A stretch of 32,000 bases of DNA from Xylella taiwanensis (GTDB lineage: Bacteria > Pseudomonadota > Gammaproteobacteria > Xanthomonadales > Xanthomonadaceae): the NCBI RefSeq assembly GCF_013177435.1, contig NZ_CP053627.1, positions 870,001 to 902,000 on the forward strand. The letters run 5' to 3'. This document shows positions 27,441 to 32,000 of the stretch, piece by piece. Each line of letters opens with the position of its first letter. Within the stretch, counting starts at the first letter, position 1. The position numbers and the translations under genes are program-made. The notes under the pieces are model-generated. The model was not told the DNA's origin, did not search any database, and saw only the letters and a list, made by a program, of their open reading frames with translations.

Positions 27441-28460
27441 ATGAACCGATGTATTCCAATTCGATATGTTGCAGCCTTGTTGTTGGGGCTGCTGTTGAGT
27501 GCCTCACTGGCGCACGCGCGCGAACAGATGCTGCTCAACGTGTCTTATGATCCGACCCGCGAGTTCTATCGCGACTATAACGCCGCCTTTGCGAAGTACT
27601 GGAAGCAGACGACCGCTAAGACGGTGAAGATCGAAACCTCACATGGTGGTTCGGGTAAGCAGGCGCGTTCGGTGATCGATGGGGTTGAGGCGGATGTGGT
27701 GACGTTGGCGCTGGCCTATGATGTTGACGCGATCGTGGAAAAATCGCATTTGATCAATCCTAGTTGGCAAAAGCGTTTGCCGGACAACAGTGCGCCTTAC
27801 ACTTCGACGGTCGTCTTTCTGGTGCGTAAGGGCAATCCGAACAATATTAAGGATTGGCCTGATCTGCTGCGTTCGGGGGTGCAGGTGATTACTCCGAACC
27901 CGAAAACCAGCGGGGGGGCGCGTTGGAATTATTTGGCAGCCTGGGCCTATGCCGACTATATCTTCAAGGGGGACCGCGAGAAGATCCTGCGTTACATGCG
28001 GGCCTTATTTCGCAATGTTCCGATCTTGGACACGGGCGCGCGGGGAGCGACGACGACGTTCGCGCAGCGTGGTATTGGTGACGTATTGTTGACTTGGGAG
28101 AATGAGGCGCTGTTGGCTCAGGAGGAGTTGGGCCCAGACAAATTTGAGATTGTAATGCCCAAACTATCGATCCTGGCGGAGCCATCAGTGGCATTGGTAG
28201 ATAAGAACGTGGATAAGCATGGTAACCGTGCGGTGGCTGAGGCTTACTTGAAGTATTTGTATTCGTCGAGTGGGCAGAGATTGGCCGCCAAGCATTTTTA
28301 CCGTCCTCGCCATCCTGAGTTGGCCGATGCTGCCGATTTGGCTAGGTTTCCTCAGATTAAGTTGGTGACGATCGGGGGAGCGTTTGGTTCCTGGGCTAAG
28401 GCACAGCAGGAGCATTTTGCCGATGGCGGTGTGTTCGACCAGATCCAGGCGGGAAAGTAG
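27441..28460 (+). CDS. sbp: Sulfate/thiosulfate ABC transporter periplasmic binding protein
   Basis: AGGAG lies 6 nt upstream of ATG 27441. Signal peptide [26 protein letters not shown]. Sbp/CysP motifs ([47 protein letters not shown]). Confidence 0.92.
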   Translation: MNRCIPIRYVAALLLGLLLSASLAHAREQMLLNVSYDPTREFYRDYNAAFAKYWKQTTAKTVKIETSHGGSGKQARSVIDGVEADVVTLALAYDVDAIVEKSHLINPSWQKRLPDNSAPYTSTVVFLVRKGNPNNIKDWPDLLRSGVQVITPNPKTSGGARWNYLAAWAYADYIFKGDREKILRYMRALFRNVPILDTGARGATTTFAQRGIGDVLLTWENEALLAQEELGPDKFEIVMPKLSILAEPSVALVDKNVDKHGNRAVAEAYLKYLYSSSGQRLAAKHFYRPRHPELADAADLARFPQIKLVTIGGAFGSWAKAQQEHFADGGVFDQIQAGK

Positions 28461-28463
28461 TCC

Positions 28464-29324
28464 ATGGCTGAAAGTACTGTAGCGCCGACGTATTTACCAC
28501 GTCGACGCGTGATTCCCGGACTTGGTCTGAGTTTGGGGATCACTTTTGTTTGGTTGGGACTGATCGTGTTAATCCCGCTGATTGGCGTATTTGTCAAGGC
28601 CAGTGGGTTGGGGTGGAGTGGATTATGGCAGGTGTGGACTGAACCACGGGTACTGTCTGCACTGCGGGTCAGTTTTGGCGTTGCGCTGGTTGCGGCAGCG
28701 TTTAACGCGGTGATGGGGACCTGGGTGGCCTGGGTGTTTGGGCGTTACCATTTTCCTGGTAAGCGTGTTTTCGACGCGATGATCGATTTACCGTTTGCAT
28801 TGCCGACGGCAGTGGCCGGTATTGCCTTGGCGACATTGTATGGACCCAATGGATGGATAGGGCGCTGGTTGGATCCTGCCGGGATCAAGGTGGCTTACAC
28901 CCCGTTGGGGATCGTGGTGGCGCTGGTGTTCGTTGGCCTGCCGTTCGTGGTGCGGATTGTCCAGCCGGTGTTGGCGGAGGCCGAGAAGGAGTTGGAGGAG
29001 GCTGCTGCCTCGCTCGGTGCGAACCGTTGGCAGACCATGTTTCGCGTCGTATTGCCAGGGCTATGGCCAGCGGTGTTGACCGGATTTGCGTTGGCTTTCG
29101 CGCGCGGAGTGGGCGAGTATGGGTCGGTGATTTTCATTGCTGGCAATTTACCCAATGCAACCGAGATCGCGCCCCTGCTCATTACAATCCGCTTGGAGGA
29201 GTTCGACTATTCTGCGGCCACAGCCATTGCGGCAGCGATGCTGTTGTTGTCATTCGCGGTGTTGTTAATGATCAACGGGCTGCAGGCACGCTTATTGCGT
29301 GGTAAACAGCGGGGAGGAAGATGA
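28464..29324 (+). CDS. cysT: Sulfate ABC transporter permease CysT (CysU)
   Basis: 286 aa, multi-TM. EAA-type loop EEAAASLGANRWQTFRVVLP-like (EEAAASLGANRWQTMFRVVLPGL). Starts 3 nt after the sbp stop. Confidence 0.9.
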   Translation: MAESTVAPTYLPRRRVIPGLGLSLGITFVWLGLIVLIPLIGVFVKASGLGWSGLWQVWTEPRVLSALRVSFGVALVAAAFNAVMGTWVAWVFGRYHFPGKRVFDAMIDLPFALPTAVAGIALATLYGPNGWIGRWLDPAGIKVAYTPLGIVVALVFVGLPFVVRIVQPVLAEAEKELEEAAASLGANRWQTMFRVVLPGLWPAVLTGFALAFARGVGEYGSVIFIAGNLPNATEIAPLLITIRLEEFDYSAATAIAAAMLLLSFAVLLMINGLQARLLRGKQRGGR

Positions 29325-30280
29325 ACAACAATGCGATGCACCCGCGTTCTTCCCGTTTTCAGGGGCAGACGAGCGCGCAGCGTTGGCGCCGGTTGCTGAC
29401 CGCATCCGCGACCACTGAGTCACAGTGGGTACAGTGGTTGCTCATTCTGGGTGCACTTGGGTTCCTACTGGCGTTTCTAATACTGCCACTGATGTTAGTG
29501 TTCGCCGAAGCACTGCGCGGTGGGACACAGGTATTTGTACGTGCGGTCACTGATCCTGACGCGTTGGCTGCAATCCGTTTAACGGTGTTGGTGATGCTGA
29601 TTGTGCTGCCGGTGAACATGGTGTTCGGGGTCGCCGTGGCTTGGGCGGTCAGCAAGCATCAGTTCCCTGGCAAGCGGCTGCTGATCAGTCTGATCGATTT
29701 GCCGTTTTCGGTCTCACCGGTGGTCGCCGGCTTGGTGTTCGTGCTCATTTTCGGTCGGCAGGGTTGGGCGTGGCCGTTGATCGAGGATGGCGTTCGATTC
29801 TCATTGCCTTTGTTTGGCGAATGCATGGTGAAGTTGCCACGGATCGTGTTTGAGTTGCCCGGCATCGTCTTGGCGACGATGTTCGTGACTTTCCCTTTTA
29901 TTGCGCGTGAGCTGATGCCATTGATGGAGCAGCAGGGCAATGAGGAGGAACTGGCTGCGTTAAGTCTGGGTGCGAGTGGCTGGCAGACTTTCTGGCGAGT
30001 GACGTTACCGAATATTCGCTGGGGGCTGTTGTATGGGGCGTTGTTGTGCGGTGCGCGTGCGATGGGGGAGTTTGGCGCAGTTTCGGTGGTATCCGGTCAC
30101 ATTCGTGGGCGAACCAATACAATGCCGTTGCACGTGGAAATTCTCTATAACGAGTACGCTTACAGTGCTGCATTTGCCTGTGCTTCATTGTTGGCGTCGA
30201 GTGCGTTGTTGACGTTGGCCTTGAAGGCTTTTCTGGAAAAGCGTCATGGTGAGTTGTTGGCTATCAGGCGCCAGCATTGA
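29321..30280 (+). CDS. cysW: Sulfate ABC transporter permease CysW
   Basis: 319 aa. ATGA overlap with cysT (29321-29324), preceded by GGGGAGGAAG. EAA loop [23 protein letters not shown]. Has an N-terminal extension of about 30 aa relative to typical CysW. Confidence 0.9.
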   Translation: MNNNAMHPRSSRFQGQTSAQRWRRLLTASATTESQWVQWLLILGALGFLLAFLILPLMLVFAEALRGGTQVFVRAVTDPDALAAIRLTVLVMLIVLPVNMVFGVAVAWAVSKHQFPGKRLLISLIDLPFSVSPVVAGLVFVLIFGRQGWAWPLIEDGVRFSLPLFGECMVKLPRIVFELPGIVLATMFVTFPFIARELMPLMEQQGNEEELAALSLGASGWQTFWRVTLPNIRWGLLYGALLCGARAMGEFGAVSVVSGHIRGRTNTMPLHVEILYNEYAYSAAFACASLLASSALLTLALKAFLEKRHGELLAIRRQH

Positions 30281-30293
30281 GGATGAATTGAGT

Positions 30294-31340
30294 ATGGGGA
30301 TCAGCATCCAGAAGCTGCGCAAGCAGTTCGAGGGTTTTACTGCATTGGCGGCGATCGACCTGGATATTCGTCAGGGTGAACTGTTGGCGTTGCTTGGGCC
30401 GTCTGGTTCGGGCAAGACCACCTTGCTGCGGATTATCGCTGGGTTGGAGCATGCCGATGCAGGTCAGGTGCTGTTCGGTGATGAGGATGCGACGACCATG
30501 AGTGTGCAGGCGCGTCGGGTCGGTTTCGTGTTTCAGCACTATGCGTTGTTCAAGCATATGAGTGTGTACGAGAACATTGCTTTCGGCTTGCGTGTGCGTC
30601 GCGGTAAGGCGCGTTGGCCAGAGTCACACATTAGTGCAAGAGTGTTTGAATTAATTTCGTTGGTGCAGTTGGATGGTTTGGAGCAGCGTTATCCAATGCA
30701 GTTATCTGGTGGTCAGCGCCAGCGCGTCGCACTGGCGCGGGCGTTAGCAATCGAGCCCCGTGTGTTATTGCTGGACGAACCATTCGGTGCGCTGGATGCC
30801 CAGGTACGGCGTGATCTGCGGCGCTGGTTGCGTGAGATCCATGACCGGACTGGGCTAACGACAGTGTTCGTCACCCACGACCAGGAAGAAGCGTTGGAGT
30901 TAGCCGATAGGGTTGCGATTCTCAATCAGGGCAAGATCGAGCAGGTGGCTAGTCCGGCTGAGGTTTATAACCGGCCCGCTTCGCCGTTCGTGTATTCGTT
31001 CGTTGGAGCGGTGAATCGCTTGCCGGGCTGTGTTGGTGCTGATGGGTTGCAGGTGGCTGGGATCGTGCTGTCTCGTCCGCCGCAGATAGCAGCGGTGGGC
31101 CCGGTAGATCTTTATGTGCGACCGGAGGATCTAGTGCCGGATGCCCAGGAGGGGTGGTCAGCCACCGTGTTGTGGAGCCAGCGCAGTGGTCCTCGGCTGC
31201 GCGTGCGGGCGCGTCTGGAGCAGGGTGCACATGAGGTGGAGATCGAATTGCCTAGTGCGGCTGATGAATATGTTGAGGGCCAGGAACTGCGTTTGATCCC
31301 GCGGCAATATGGAGTGTTTCTCAGTGAGTCTGCGGGTTGA
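30294..31340 (+). CDS. cysA: Sulfate/thiosulfate ABC transporter ATP-binding protein CysA
   Basis: I chose the start at [12 protein letters not shown] (ATG 30294, with GAGGA 10 nt upstream, after the cysW stop at 30278-30280). Walker [10 protein letters not shown], signature LSGGQRQR and Walker B LLLDEPF are present, followed by a C-terminal TOBE-like region. Confidence 0.93.
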   Translation: MGISIQKLRKQFEGFTALAAIDLDIRQGELLALLGPSGSGKTTLLRIIAGLEHADAGQVLFGDEDATTMSVQARRVGFVFQHYALFKHMSVYENIAFGLRVRRGKARWPESHISARVFELISLVQLDGLEQRYPMQLSGGQRQRVALARALAIEPRVLLLDEPFGALDAQVRRDLRRWLREIHDRTGLTTVFVTHDQEEALELADRVAILNQGKIEQVASPAEVYNRPASPFVYSFVGAVNRLPGCVGADGLQVAGIVLSRPPQIAAVGPVDLYVRPEDLVPDAQEGWSATVLWSQRSGPRLRVRARLEQGAHEVEIELPSAADEYVEGQELRLIPRQYGVFLSESAG

Positions 31341-31757
31341 ATATCCGGCCAGATACGAGACATCTGGTAGCCATTAGGTGACCGGATCGCTCATTGAGTG
31401 ATTCTGGGCGATAAGCGGGGTGATGTTGCGATATTCGTTCGATTAAAAAAATCGTGAAGCCATGTTTGACTGACTGTCCTGCGTTTAAGGTCACCCTCCC
31501 TACCAGAAGAGCGGTTATGAAGTTCTACAGGTGCGAATTAATGTGTATCTGATGGTTACGGCCTTGGATATCGGTGTTCTAGGTTGGGAGGGTTGATGGC
31601 CGTATCGGTGGCAACTCCGTTTTTGCTGGGGATGGTAAGTACGACATGATCATCCAGTGTGGCATTGTGGAGACAGACAAGCGTAAATCGCTTGAAACGT
31701 AAGGGTTACGGGAGTTTTTTCATAATAAATTAATGATTTACGGCGCTTCTACCTCCA

Positions 31758-32000
31758 ATGATTACTGCGGATATCCGGGCATTTCTCGACCTTCGCTCGC
31801 TGGTACGTTTGGTGTCAAAAAAGATCGAATGTGACCCCATAAGCATCGGCACAATCACGATTTGCCGCAGGATACACAGCAAGAATTCGACTCCGCAGCA
31901 GAAACTTGCAGTGCCGCGCGTACTAGTTAAGGAATGGATCACGAGGCGGGAGGCGGCGTTGCAAGGACAGCGGGCGTGTGGCGAGCCGGTCGGGCCCAGG
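31758..32000 (+). CDS. Partial ORF (81 codons, no stop in window) with weak AlpA/excisionase-type HTH resemblance
   Basis: Frame 3 is open from the stop at 31734-31736 to the window edge. From ATG 31758: MITADIRAFLDLRSLVRLVSKKIECDPISIGTITICRRIHSKNSTPQQKLAVPRVLVKEWITRREAALQGQRACGEPVGPR. The segment ISIGTITICRRI...KLAVPRVLVKEWI loosely follows the HTH_17 pattern. No Shine-Dalgarno, and several rare codons (ATA, AGG, CTA). It is absent from the ORF track because it lacks a stop. Confidence 0.3.
   Translation, partial: MITADIRAFLDLRSLVRLVSKKIECDPISIGTITICRRIHSKNSTPQQKLAVPRVLVKEWITRREAALQGQRACGEPVGPR

Noticed and set aside
31350-31368. Hairpin CCAGAT-N7-ATCTGG after cysA, considered as a terminator
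   Set aside because: It has only a 6-bp stem and no following T-run, so I do not call it a rho-independent terminator.
31730-31942. 70-aa minus-strand ORF at the right end
   Set aside because: It is Cys/Ile/Arg-rich and antisense to the more protein-like plus-strand frame that stays open to the window edge.

Overview
Chromosomal window of moderate GC. Its gene content and protein sequences look like a Xanthomonadaceae (Xylella-like) genome; this is inferred from recognisable orthologues, not from a search.

Gene order, left to right:
- 3' part of relA
- a membrane-anchored TPR-like protein
- a minus-strand cluster: GNAT acetyltransferase, minC, minD, minE, HExxH-motif protein
- an SRPBCC/GyrI-like protein
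- an AlkA-type DNA glycosylase
- a yceI / cytochrome b561 / yceI operon, divergent from a 1190-aa propeller/Y_Y_Y hybrid histidine kinase
- hemE, aroB-aroK, pdxH
- glnS
- cutC
- a small putative lipoprotein
- the sulfate ABC transporter sbp-cysT-cysW-cysA
- the start of an AlpA-like ORF running off the right edge

I recognised no rRNA, tRNA or CRISPR array.

By hand count, about a quarter of the window (roughly 8 kb in eleven gaps) is not covered by intact genes. Three of these gaps hold mobile-element relics that the ORF track does not reveal:
- the N-terminal third of a Tn3-family (Tn21/Tn501-like) transposase on the minus strand (about 15.5-16.5 kb)
- the C-terminal end of the same kind of transposase, plus a well preserved terminal inverted repeat, on the plus strand (20.6-21.0 kb)
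- a frameshifted IS5-family transposase (25.9-26.7 kb)

The two Tn3 pieces read away from each other and bracket hemE-aroB-aroK-pdxH. A transposon-anchored inversion would leave this layout.

I did not find a convincing novel multi-gene system (defence, toxin-antitoxin, secretion). The best follow-up candidates are the split transposon and possible inversion, the uncharacterised HExxH protein behind minCDE, the possible island boundary after cysA, and several long GT-rich non-coding gaps.
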